Source: Thermodesulfobacteriota bacterium
GTDB taxonomy: Bacteria > Desulfobacterota > Desulfobacteria > Desulfobacterales > SURF-7
Assembly: GCA_049320885.1 (NCBI GenBank)
Contig: JBMORA010000001.1
Coordinates: 306,622-370,621 of the forward strand
DNA: 64,000 nucleotides
Direction: 5' to 3'
Position numbers and translations under genes: made by a program. The notes beneath the pieces are model-generated. The model saw only the letters and a program-made list of their open reading frames with translations. It did no database searches and was not told where the DNA came from. This document shows positions 1-9,027 of the stretch, one piece after another; position 1 is the first letter of the stretch, and the number at the start of each line of letters is the position of its first letter.

Positions 1-3000
1 CGCCGGTGGCCAGGATGACAGCGCCGTGCTTGACGGCCATGGAGGTCAGCCGCCCTTTCCCGGTGATCAGTTCAGTCTTGAAATTCCCCAGGATGCCGCT
101 GAAATCCACGGTTTCAGTGTGTAGGAAGAGACGCACCCGGGGATTCTTGTGGATCCGCCGGATCAGGTTCTCCACATAAAACCGGACTTCTTCCCCCTGC
201 CAGGTCCTGGACAACCCCAGCGCCACACCGCCCAATTCCCCCGATCGTTCCACCAGATAGGTCTGGTACCCCTGGTCGGCCACTCCCAGGGCCGCTTCCA
301 TACCGGCTACGCCGCCGCCGATCACCAGCACCGAAGGCTCCACGCCCAGGGTGACCTGGTGCAGGGGTTCGATATGGGCCGCCTTGGCCACCGCCATGCG
401 CACCAGATCCTTGGCCTTGGCCGTGGCCGTTTCCGGCTGGTGCATGTGCACCCAGGTGTTCTGGTCGCGGATATTGGCCATTTCGAACAAATACGGGTTC
501 AAGCCCGCTTCCCGAATGGTTTCCTGAAACAACGACTCATGGGTTCTGGGCGAACAGGAGGCCACCACCACCCGGTTGATGCCCTTTTCCACCAGCACCT
601 GTTTCATGCGGTCCTGGTTGTCCTGGGAACAGGTGAAGAGGTTGTCTTCCACATGCTCCACATGGGGCAGGTGGCGGGCATACTCCCGCACGGCGGGAAC
701 ATCGGCCACGCCGCCGATGTTGATGCCGCAATTGCAGACAAAAACGCCGATGCGCGGGGGCTCGTTGGAAAAATCTTTTTCCGGCGGCAGTTCCCGTACC
801 CGGGTCAGGGAATTCCGGACCGGCGCCAGCAACCGGGCCGCGTCGGCCGCCGCCGCCGAGGCTTCCATGACGGACTGGGGAATGTCCTTGGGTCCCTGGA
901 AAGCGCCGCAGACGAAGACTCCCTGCCGTGAGGCGCTCACCGGCGCCAGATCTCCCGTGCGAGCGAAACCGTGTTCATTGAGTTCGATGCCGAGGACCCC
1001 GGCCAGACGCACGGAGCCCGCAACGGGCGTAAGGCCGACGGATAACACCACCATATCGAAAATCTCTTCCACGATTTCTCCGGCCTCCGTCACATAACGC
1101 AAGCGCAGATTGCCGTCGGGCATGGGCTCCACCGTATGCACCCGGGAACGGATGAAGCGGATCCCGTGCTCTGCTTCCGCCCGCCGGCAGTAGCGGTCGA
1201 ATTCCTTGCCGAAGGTCCGCAGATCCATATAAAACACCGCTGCATCCAGCGGTTTGACGCTGTGTTCCTTGGCGATGACAGTCTGCTTGGCGGCGTACAT
1301 GCAACAGACCGAGGAGCAGTATTCGTGATCGCATTGGTTGATATCCCGGGAGCCCACGCACTGCAGCCAGGCGATTTTGTCCGGCTCCCGATGATCCGAC
1401 GGCCGGACCAGATGCCCCTGGAAGGGACCGGAAGCGGACAGCAACCGCTCGAATTCCAGGCTGGTGACCACATTGGGATGGGTCGCATAGCCGTACGGCG
1501 CATGGGGACCGGGATCGAAAGACACAAATCCCGGCGCCAGGATGATGGCGCCAACGGCAATGGTGGTCCGCAGGGGCCGCATGTCGTGATTCACGGCCTT
1601 GGCCAGGCAGGCGTCCACGCATTGGAGACATTCCGAGCAATATCCGCAATTCAGGCAACGCTCTGCTTCCATCCGCCCCTGATCCGGGGTGTAGCCGAGT
1701 TCCACCTCCCTGAAATTGCCGCGGCGCTCCGGGAGAGGCAGCTCCGGCATGGCTGCGCGGACCTTGACCGGCTCACCTTCCGGAACGGATCGGTGGACCG
1801 GATTGTCCGGAACCATTTTTTCCCTTCCCGCGGCCAGGTCCCGGCCGTCCAGATACCGGATAATGGATTCGGCGGCCTCCCGGCCGGCGGCAATGGCGCC
1901 GATGGCGATCCATGGTCCGGTCTGCAGATCGCCGCCAGCAAAAACGCCTTTTCTTGCGGTTGCGAAGGTCACGGGATCCGTCGCCACCGTGCCCCAACGG
2001 GACAAAGAGACTCCCGCAGCGTCCTCCAGGGCTGATATATCGGGGCGCTGGCCGATGGCCGGAATGAGCTGGTCGATCTCCATATCGTATTCGCTGCCTG
2101 GCACGGGCACCGGCCGGCGACGCCCGGATGAATCCGCATCGGTCAATTCCATGCGGATGCAGCGCAATCCGACGACCTCGCCGTCCTGAACCAACACCTC
2201 CTGGGGCGCCGTCAGGTATTCGATTCTTACGCCCTCGGACTCCGCGGCCCGGATTTCCTCCTCCCAGGCCGGCATTTCCGCCCGCGTCCTGCGATAAAGG
2301 ATGGTCACTGCCCCGGCTCCCAGGCGCACGGCGGAGCGGGATACATCGACGGCCACATTGCCGCCGCCGATGACGGCGAGCCGTCGGCCCGCCTTGATGG
2401 TGCCGGCGAGATTCAGCTCTCGCAAAAAATCCACACCCTGGATAACTCCGTGGGCCTTTTCGCCGGGAATTCCCAGTTGAATACCCTGGTGGGCGCCCAT
2501 GGCCAGATAAACCGCCTGATAGCCACTGGCGAACAGGTCGTCGATGGTCCGATCCGGTCCCAGGGGGGAATTACAATGAATTTCCACCCCTAAATTGGTG
2601 ATGACCTCGATTTCCCTGTCCAGAACCTCGGGGGGCAGGCGATGATCCGGAATCCCCACCCGCAGCATGCCGCCCGGTTTTGGAAGTGCTTCGTAAATCA
2701 CCGAACGGATCCCTTTTCGGGCCAGATGGTAGGCGGCGGACAGGCCAGCCGGACCGGAGCCGATAATGGCGACTTTTTCCGGTCGATCCTTCAACCGGGG
2801 AATGTCGATTTTGCGTGGATCGTATTGATCGGCCGCCAGACGCTTCAAGTCGCGGATGGCCAGGGGCTTGTCCACTTGGCAGCGGCGGCAAGCCTCTTCG
2901 CAACCATGCGGGCAGATCCGCCCGAGAACTCCCGGCAGGGGCAGTTCCTCCATGATGATGCGCAGGGCCTCGGCGTATTTACCCTGTTTCACCATCTGAA

Positions 3001-3538
3001 CGTAGCCCTGGACATTCAAACCGGCCGGGCAGGCCAGACGGCAGGGGGCCTTGTCCGCTTTCTCGATGGCATAGCCGCCCGGCATGCCCTGGGGATAGAG
3101 TTTATAGGCGGCCTTGCGGGTTTGCAATCCCTGGTCGAATTCGCTGGGCAGGGTCACCGGACAGACCTTGGCGCATTCGCCGCAGGCCGTGCATTTATCA
3201 AGCTCCACAAACCGCGGTTGAACTATCAGGGTAACCTGAAAATTTCCGGCCTCGCCGCTGACGGTTTCGACTTCCGCGAGGGTGTGGAGATCGATATTCA
3301 GGTGCCGGCCAGCCTCCACCAGTTTCGGTGAGACGATGCACATGGAGCAGTCGTTAGTGGGGAAGGTTTTGTCCAATTGGGCCATGACGCCGCCGATGGC
3401 CGACCGGCTCTCCACCAGATGCACCAGAAATCCGGCTTCCGCCAGATCCAGGGAGGCCTGGATCCCGGCGATGCCGCCGCCCACCACCATCACCGCTCCA
3501 ACCGCTTTCTGTTTGTCCAAATCGGGTACCTGCGTCAT
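1..3538 (-). CDS. hdrL: HdrL-type large heterodisulfide reductase A-like flavoprotein (HdrA with an inserted GltD/NfnB-like NAD(P)H oxidoreductase domain); 3' end outside the window
   Basis: Manual translation from ATG at 3538: MTQVPDLDKQKAVGAVMVVGGGIAGIQASLDLA...LDKTFPTNDCSMCIVSPKLVE...CTACGECAKVCP...APCRLACPAG...GSGPAGL...GGGNVAVD...CVGSRD...YCSSVCCM...HGAVILATG. The frame is open to position 2, so it is missing from the ORF track (no stop codon in the window). Confidence 0.9.
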   Translation of the reverse strand, partial: MTQVPDLDKQKAVGAVMVVGGGIAGIQASLDLAEAGFLVHLVESRSAIGGVMAQLDKTFPTNDCSMCIVSPKLVEAGRHLNIDLHTLAEVETVSGEAGNFQVTLIVQPRFVELDKCTACGECAKVCPVTLPSEFDQGLQTRKAAYKLYPQGMPGGYAIEKADKAPCRLACPAGLNVQGYVQMVKQGKYAEALRIIMEELPLPGVLGRICPHGCEEACRRCQVDKPLAIRDLKRLAADQYDPRKIDIPRLKDRPEKVAIIGSGPAGLSAAYHLARKGIRSVIYEALPKPGGMLRVGIPDHRLPPEVLDREIEVITNLGVEIHCNSPLGPDRTIDDLFASGYQAVYLAMGAHQGIQLGIPGEKAHGVIQGVDFLRELNLAGTIKAGRRLAVIGGGNVAVDVSRSAVRLGAGAVTILYRRTRAEMPAWEEEIRAAESEGVRIEYLTAPQEVLVQDGEVVGLRCIRMELTDADSSGRRRPVPVPGSEYDMEIDQLIPAIGQRPDISALEDAAGVSLSRWGTVATDPVTFATARKGVFAGGDLQTGPWIAIGAIAAGREAAESIIRYLDGRDLAAGREKMVPDNPVHRSVPEGEPVKVRAAMPELPLPERRGNFREVELGYTPDQGRMEAERCLNCGYCSECLQCVDACLAKAVNHDMRPLRTTIAVGAIILAPGFVSFDPGPHAPYGYATHPNVVTSLEFERLLSASGPFQGHLVRPSDHREPDKIAWLQCVGSRDINQCDHEYCSSVCCMYAAKQTVIAKEHSVKPLDAAVFYMDLRTFGKEFDRYCRRAEAEHGIRFIRSRVHTVEPMPDGNLRLRYVTEAGEIVEEIFDMVVLSVGLTPVAGSVRLAGVLGIELNEHGFARTGDLAPVSASRQGVFVCGAFQGPKDIPQSVMEASAAAADAARLLAPVRNSLTRVRELPPEKDFSNEPPRIGVFVCNCGINIGGVADVPAVREYARHLPHVEHVEDNLFTCSQDNQDRMKQVLVEKGINRVVVASCSPRTHESLFQETIREAGLNPYLFEMANIRDQNTWVHMHQPETATAKAKDLVRMAVAKAAHIEPLHQVTLGVEPSVLVIGGGVAGMEAALGVADQGYQTYLVERSGELGGVALGLSRTWQGEEVRFYVENLIRRIHKNPRVRLFLHTETVDFSGILGNFKTELITGKGRLTSMAVKHGAVILATG

Positions 3539-3584
3539 CGTCCCTCCTGCCAAGGCCAGATCGTGTCGTGCGTTTCTGGAATGT

Positions 3585-4022
3585 CTAACAGGCGGCCGCC
3601 GCTTCCTCCACCTTTCTCCTCTGGGTTGCCGGACCAAGAGTCTTCACCGCCGCGATCACCTGGTTGGCGACTTCGGCGAATTTGACCCCTTCGGCGGAAG
3701 AAATCCAGGAGAAATGCAGGCGTCCGGGCTCCACGCCGGTATGTTCCAACAAATTTTTCAGCAGGGCGAATTTACGGCGGGCATAGTAATTGCCAGTGAG
3801 ATAATGACAATCACCGGGGTGACACCCGGAAACCCAGACCCCGTCGGCGCCCTTGCGCAGGGCCGCAAGGATCAGTTTCGGACTGATCCGTCCGGAACAG
3901 GGCACCCGGATCACCCGCATGTTGGGCGGGTACTGAAACCGGCTCACCCCGGCCAGATCAGCGGCGCCGTAACTGCACCAGTTGCATAAAAACGTAATGA
4001 TCTTCGGTTCGAAATCGTTCAT
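3585..4022 (-). CDS. mvhD: MvhD/FlxD-like [2Fe-2S] hydrogenase iron-sulfur subunit (all-Cys form)
   Basis: FEPKIITFLCNWCSYGAADLAG, RVPCSGR and GCHPGDCHY motifs; lies between two hdrA-family genes. Confidence 0.93.
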   Translation of the reverse strand: MNDFEPKIITFLCNWCSYGAADLAGVSRFQYPPNMRVIRVPCSGRISPKLILAALRKGADGVWVSGCHPGDCHYLTGNYYARRKFALLKNLLEHTGVEPGRLHFSWISSAEGVKFAEVANQVIAAVKTLGPATQRRKVEEAAAAC

Positions 4023-4050
4023 TTAAGCACCTTCTTTTCCTTCAGGCATG

Positions 4051-7000
4051 TCACGCGCATTCGATCATCGCCATAATCTGAGATTCCTCGAAACCTTTTA
4101 ACCGCAATGCTCCGGAGCGGCAGGAAGCCACGCAGGCCCCGCAACCCTTGCAGAGCACCGGATTGATTTCCGCCCTGCCCGCAAAGGGGCCGTCCGTCCT
4201 CAGAGAGGGCGCGTTGTAGGGACAGACGGCCACACAAACCCCGCAGCCGCTGCAATCCATTGGCGCCGAATACGCCACGGTTCCGCTGGTGCGGATGGTT
4301 TTCTGGGCCAGCAACCGGGTGGCGCCGGAGGCGGCGGCCTGGGCCTGGGCGATGGATTCGTCAATGGGCTTGGGATAATGGGCCAGTCCGCACAGGAACA
4401 CGCCGTCGGTGGCGAAATTGGAGGGGGCCAGTTTGACGTGGGCTTCGGCGAAAAAACCGTCGGCGTTCATGGGTACCTTGAAGAAGCGGGCCAGTTGTTC
4501 GTCCCTGTACGGCAAAACCGCCGCGGCCAGGGTCAGCAGATCGGCCTCGATCCGCAGCGGTTTTTTCAGGATATGATCCAGGACTTCGATTTCCAGACCG
4601 TTTTCCGCAACCCGCACCCCGGGTTTGTTCTCAAGGCTGAAACGGATGAAAACAACGCCTATTTCCCGGGCCGTCTGATACAATTTCTCGCGCTCGCCGT
4701 AGGTGCGGATATCCCGGTACAACACGAAAACGTTCATCTCCGGATTCATTTCCTTCAGATGGATCGCCGCGGCCACGCTGTGGGTGCAACAGATCCGCGA
4801 GCAGTATGGTCTTTGCGGCTCCCGGGAACCCACGCATTGAATAAAGACCGCCGTCTTCACCTCCCGGAGGGCTGGATCGCGTCGGCGCAGCCTTTCATCC
4901 AATTCCAGGGCGGTGAGCACCCGCGGGTCGTCGCCATAGCCGTATTCCGCGGGAAGGCTTTCCGTGGCGCCGGTGGCGATGACGGCCACTCCGTGGCGAA
5001 TGGTTTCCGTCCTGCCCGCCTGGTCCACGGTGGTGTCGAAATTGCCCACGAATCCGTCCACCCGGGTCAATCGGGCTTTCAGCAGGACGCGGATGCCGGG
5101 ATGGTTGGTGACGGCGATGCGGATCGCATCCAGACCGTCCTGAACCGATTCCCCCCAGGCGGTCTGGTACAACCGGTTGGCCTGCCCCCCCAGTTGACCT
5201 TCCCGTTCGATCAAGTGAACCGGATACCCCTGATCCGCCAAGGCCAACGCGGCGCTCATGCCGGAGAGTCCACCGCCGATCACCAGCGCATTTGGGTCGA
5301 TTTCCAGCTGGGCCTCCTCCAACGCCTGGTATTGGGCGACCTTGGCCGCAGCCATGCGCACCAGGTCCTTGGCTTTTTCCGTGGCGGCCAGAGGATATTC
5401 CTTGTGCACCCAGGAGCCATGGTTGCGGATGTTGACCATTTCAAACAAGTATTTGTTCAGTCCGGCGTTCAGCAGGGTTTCCTGGAATAAGGGATCGTGT
5501 GTTCTGGGCGTACAGGCGGCCACCACGATACGGTTCAGGTTCTTTTCCTCGATCAGACGGCTGATGGCGTCCTGGGTGTCCTGGGAACAGGAATACATGT
5601 TGTCGCTGACGTATTCCACAAAGGGCAATCCGGCTGCGTAATCGCGCACCGCGGGCACGTCGATGACGCCGCCGATGTTGATGCCGCAATGACAGACAAA
5701 CACCCCGATGCGGGGCCGTTCACCGTAAATGGTACGCTCGGGCCGCGGGGTGCTGGCGCGGGTCAGGGCATAGCGGCTGCCGGAAAGCGAAATACCAGCC
5801 CGCATGGCGGCCGCTCCGGCCTCCACGACGGTCTGGGGGATGTCCTTTGGGCCCTGGAAAGCGCCGCACACATAAATCCCCGGCCGGGAAGTCGACACCG
5901 GATCGAAAGAAGTAGTCCGGCAAAATCCGGAATCCGTGAGGGATACCCCCAGCTTGCCCGCCAGGCCGCGGACATCTTCCTGAATTTCCATACCAACGGA
6001 CAGGACCACGATATCGAAAACCTCCCGGGTCCACTTGCCGGTTTGCTCATCCATGTAGTCCAACACCTGACCTTTTCCCTCGCCGGTTTCGGGAAAGACC
6101 GAATGGACCTTGCAGCGCACAAAGCGGATGCCGTATTTCTCCCGGGCCTCGTTGTAGCAACTTTCAAAACCCTTCCCGTGGGTACGCATGTCCATATAGA
6201 AAATGGCGCATTCCAGATCCGGTTCATGCTCCTTGGCGATGATGGCCTGTTTAATGGCGTACATGCAGCAGACCGAGGAGCAATGGCTGTTGTCGCAGGT
6301 ATTCAAATCGCGGGAACCCACGCATTGCAGCCAGGCGATACGTTTGGGCTCCGCATGGTCGGACAGGCGCACCACGTGGCCCTGGTTGGGCCCCGAAGCC
6401 GACAGCAGGCGTTCGAATTCGATGGAGGTGACCACATCCGGATTGTTGTCATAGGAATAGATCAGTTTCCCCGCGGGATCATAGGCCTTGAATCCGGGAG
6501 CCAGAATGATGGCCCCTACATTCAGGATGATATTCCGATCCTTGTCGTCATAGTTGATGGCTCCCGCCGGGCAGGCCTTTTCACAGTTGCCGCATTTCCC
6601 CTTAGTCATGCGGATGCAATACCGCTCATCGATCGCATATTTTAATGGAACAGCCTGGGGATACTGGACATAAACGGCCTTGCGTTTGATCAGGCCCCGG
6701 TTGTACTCGTCGACGACTTTTTTGGGGCATTTTTCGGCGCAGGCGCCGCAGGCGATGCATTTTTCCATGTCCACGTAGCGGGCCTTGCGGAAGACATCCA
6801 CCTGAAAATTTCCCTGCTCGCCGCTGACATCCTTGATTTCCGCCAGGGTGATCAGTTCGATGTTCATATGCCGGCCCACCTCCACCAGCTTGGGGGACAT
6901 GATGCACATGGAACAGTCATTGGTGGGGAAGGTTTTGTCCAACTGGGACATGACGCCGCCGATGGAAGCGTTCTTCTCGATCATGTAGACATAATAACCG

Positions 7001-7083
7001 GAATTGGCCAGATCCAGGGCTGCCTGGATACCGCCGATGCCGCCGCCGGCGATCAGGACTGCTCCCGTGGTTTGCTTTGACAT
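4051..7083 (-). CDS. hdrA: Heterodisulfide reductase subunit A family protein, 1010 aa (all-Cys form)
   Basis: GGGIGG FAD motif, LDKTFPTNDCSMC, CVGSRD, CSSVCCM, duplicated HdrA halves, C-terminal 2x[4Fe-4S] motifs. Confidence 0.93.
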   Translation of the reverse strand: MSKQTTGAVLIAGGGIGGIQAALDLANSGYYVYMIEKNASIGGVMSQLDKTFPTNDCSMCIMSPKLVEVGRHMNIELITLAEIKDVSGEQGNFQVDVFRKARYVDMEKCIACGACAEKCPKKVVDEYNRGLIKRKAVYVQYPQAVPLKYAIDERYCIRMTKGKCGNCEKACPAGAINYDDKDRNIILNVGAIILAPGFKAYDPAGKLIYSYDNNPDVVTSIEFERLLSASGPNQGHVVRLSDHAEPKRIAWLQCVGSRDLNTCDNSHCSSVCCMYAIKQAIIAKEHEPDLECAIFYMDMRTHGKGFESCYNEAREKYGIRFVRCKVHSVFPETGEGKGQVLDYMDEQTGKWTREVFDIVVLSVGMEIQEDVRGLAGKLGVSLTDSGFCRTTSFDPVSTSRPGIYVCGAFQGPKDIPQTVVEAGAAAMRAGISLSGSRYALTRASTPRPERTIYGERPRIGVFVCHCGINIGGVIDVPAVRDYAAGLPFVEYVSDNMYSCSQDTQDAISRLIEEKNLNRIVVAACTPRTHDPLFQETLLNAGLNKYLFEMVNIRNHGSWVHKEYPLAATEKAKDLVRMAAAKVAQYQALEEAQLEIDPNALVIGGGLSGMSAALALADQGYPVHLIEREGQLGGQANRLYQTAWGESVQDGLDAIRIAVTNHPGIRVLLKARLTRVDGFVGNFDTTVDQAGRTETIRHGVAVIATGATESLPAEYGYGDDPRVLTALELDERLRRRDPALREVKTAVFIQCVGSREPQRPYCSRICCTHSVAAAIHLKEMNPEMNVFVLYRDIRTYGEREKLYQTAREIGVVFIRFSLENKPGVRVAENGLEIEVLDHILKKPLRIEADLLTLAAAVLPYRDEQLARFFKVPMNADGFFAEAHVKLAPSNFATDGVFLCGLAHYPKPIDESIAQAQAAASGATRLLAQKTIRTSGTVAYSAPMDCSGCGVCVAVCPYNAPSLRTDGPFAGRAEINPVLCKGCGACVASCRSGALRLKGFEESQIMAMIECA

Positions 7084-7159
7084 CGTTATCTTCTCCTTGC
7101 CTTCCTTGCTTGATTTTTCGAAAAACAGTTTCCGCGATCATTTGATGGACCGCCAAAGA

Positions 7160-8467
7160 CTAGTATCCCGGCAGATTCACTTCCGCCAAATCCGGCCCAA
7201 GATAGGCGCGTTCGTTTTCACCCAGGATGCCCAGGGAAAGCGCGATGATCGTCCACAAATGCACCGTCCGATACGCTCCCTTGCCGAAATGATGCCCCAA
7301 CTCATCAATCTGGGCATGACAGTTATGGCACGGCGTAATGACATAGGGTACGCCGGTGCGGCTGATCTGCTCATGTTTCAGTCTCCCGTAATGCAGCCGG
7401 GCATCCTTGAAACCGGACTGAAGATAGCCGCCGCCACCGCCGCAACAGTAATTGTTGGATTTGTTCGGCCACATCTCGATGACATTCTCCGCCCCCACGC
7501 AGGCTGCCGTGACAAAGCGCAGTTCATCGGCCAGGGTGTCGCCGAAGCCCTTGCGCACCTGGTTGCAGGGATCCTGAACGGTGAATTTCACCTGCAGTTC
7601 CTTGTTCCAGGAAGCATCGACCTTGAGCTTTCCCTCCCGGATCCATTTGGCGTAGTAGGAAACCATGGGGGCGATCTCCAGGTCGGTTTCGATCTTGTGC
7701 CGCTTCTGCCCCATCCAGACCGAAAACGTGGAATGACCGCATTCGGTGTTCAGGTATACCTTGCACCCTAAATTCATGGCCTGTTTCAGGGTCTTTTCCG
7801 TGATGGTCTTCCAGCCCTCGTCATCGGCCAGGAACATGCAATAGTTCTCGCCGCCCCAGCCGGTGCAGCTGTAAGTCCAATCCGCGCCGGAAAGGTGCAG
7901 GATCTTCCAAAGGGGCGCCATTTCCTCGGGTTCGGTGACCGGTTCCCGAGAATTCTGACTCAAAAAGAAATGCGCTCCCTGCTTGTCGATGGGTGCTTCC
8001 AGGTTTTCCCAGCCCGGCTGGTTGGTCCGGACTTCCTCCAGCATATCCTCCACCACAAACCGGAAATCCTCCTCCGGGGTCCCCATGGCGCTGCAGCTGT
8101 CGTTCTTCAGGGCCATGTCGCAGGACCCCAGAATCCCCTTGGGCCGTTCTTCCCGGGGCCACAATTTGCGGCCCTCGAACACCATGGCGGCGATATCGAT
8201 GTTCATCGGACAGACATAACTGCAACGCTTGCACATGCTGCACAGCCAGACCCAGGGATGTTTGGTCAGTTCCCGGTCCATTCCCAACGCCACCATGCGG
8301 ACGAATTTGCGCGGGTCCATGTCTTCCAGACCGGAGGCTGGGCAGCCCGATGCGCAAGCGCCGCAGGTCAAACATAAATTCAGATTGGCGCCCTTGGGCA
8401 ATATGCTCAACAGCTTGTTTTTGAATTGCGGTTTCCAGTCTTTTTGAATCACGATCGGATCATTCAT
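7160..8467 (-). CDS. HdrC/HdrD-like Fe-S oxidoreductase (4Fe-4S dicluster plus CCG domain)
   Basis: CLTCGACASGCP, CSMCKRCSYVCP, NTECGH, QDPC, YCCGGGGG, TPCHNC; ATG at 8467 preceded by AAAGGAAAG. Confidence 0.88.
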   Translation of the reverse strand: MNDPIVIQKDWKPQFKNKLLSILPKGANLNLCLTCGACASGCPASGLEDMDPRKFVRMVALGMDRELTKHPWVWLCSMCKRCSYVCPMNIDIAAMVFEGRKLWPREERPKGILGSCDMALKNDSCSAMGTPEEDFRFVVEDMLEEVRTNQPGWENLEAPIDKQGAHFFLSQNSREPVTEPEEMAPLWKILHLSGADWTYSCTGWGGENYCMFLADDEGWKTITEKTLKQAMNLGCKVYLNTECGHSTFSVWMGQKRHKIETDLEIAPMVSYYAKWIREGKLKVDASWNKELQVKFTVQDPCNQVRKGFGDTLADELRFVTAACVGAENVIEMWPNKSNNYCCGGGGGYLQSGFKDARLHYGRLKHEQISRTGVPYVITPCHNCHAQIDELGHHFGKGAYRTVHLWTIIALSLGILGENERAYLGPDLAEVNLPGY

Positions 8468-8664
8468 CCTGCTTTCCTTTCCCATATCGAAATAAATCCT
8501 CACCGGTATCCTGGAGCATCCATGAAGGACATGTTCCGGAGACCGATCTCTTGGCGTAAACGACGGGCGCGGCAGCGCTGAAAAAATGCCGAATGGTAAC
8601 AGCCAGTCTGAATCACCGAATGAAAAAAAGGAAACGCAGGAAAACGGAATCGATCTTCAGGCCG

Positions 8665-8736
8665 CTACTTCACCACCTGCCGAACCCGGGCAGGCACGCT
8701 GCAACACGCTCAAGTAAAGCCTGTAAACCGATGCAT
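8665..8736 (-). CDS. Putative leader peptide with in-frame UGA: MHRFTGFT(U)ACCSVPARVRQVVK*
   Basis: RBS GGGAG (8746-8742), ATG at 8736, TGA at 8712-8710, hairpin CCTGCC/GGCAGG starting 15 nt after the TGA, TAG at 8667-8665; homologous to the + strand leader at 8969. Confidence 0.7.
8676..8694 (-). promoter_or_regulatory. SECIS-like hairpin of the left leader
   Basis: CCTGCC-CGGGTTC-GGCAGG; G-containing apical loop about 21 nt after the UGA. Confidence 0.7.
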
Positions 8737-8856
8737 GGAAACTCCCGAAAGGACTTGCCGTACCCACTCCATGCGGCAATGCGCCGCACAGGCAATGGAA
8801 CGGATGGATTCACGCAATAAATTCCGGGTCGTCATAGCATGAAATCCGGCGGCGTA

Positions 8857-8910
8857 TCAAATCGATAGTTTCAATGCATATGTTTTTCCGGATTGGAATT
8901 ATCAATTTGA
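8857..8910. promoter_or_regulatory. Imperfect inverted repeat (19-bp arms, 16-bp spacer) next to putative divergent -35 elements
   Basis: TCAAATCGATAGTTTCAAT (8857-8875) versus the reverse complement of 8892-8910, TCAAATTGATAATTCCAAT: 16/19 identical. The arms run into TTGATA (- strand) and TTGACC (+ strand). Confidence 0.6.
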
Positions 8911-8968
8911 CCATTTCCGGATATCCATAATAAGAAGCATGACCATCGAATCGAAGCAGGAGCTGTCC

Positions 8969-8995
8969 ATGCAGACATTTTTCGGCTTTACCTGA
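8969..8995 (+). CDS. Putative leader peptide MQTFFGFT-UGA (readthrough frame stays open to 9286)
   Basis: RBS AGGAG 8958-8962, ATG 8969, TGA 8993-8995, hairpin GCGCCG/CGGCGC starting 15 nt after the TGA. Confidence 0.7.
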   Translation: MQTFFGFT

Positions 8996-9010
8996 GGGTT
9001 GTTGGAAACT

Positions 9011-9027
9011 GCGCCGAGTTGCGGCGC
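9011..9027 (+). promoter_or_regulatory. SECIS-like hairpin of the right leader
   Basis: GCGCCG-AGTTG-CGGCGC; G at loop position 2; loop starts 21 nt after the UGA. Confidence 0.7.

Noticed and set aside
1..3538. Pseudogene or frameshift interpretation of the gap in the ORF track
   Set aside because: The frame is intact and simply leaves the window without a stop codon.
149..3989. Long + strand ORFs (149-931, 1136-2035, 2642-3331, 3282-3989)
   Set aside because: Antisense shadows of the continuous hdrL and mvhD frames; no recognisable motifs.
8772..8941. Upstream in-frame ATGs (8772 on -, 8939 on +) as leader starts
   Set aside because: They lack clear RBSs. The downstream ATGs have GGAG at 5-6 nt and give equal 8-codon leaders. 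Not fully excluded.
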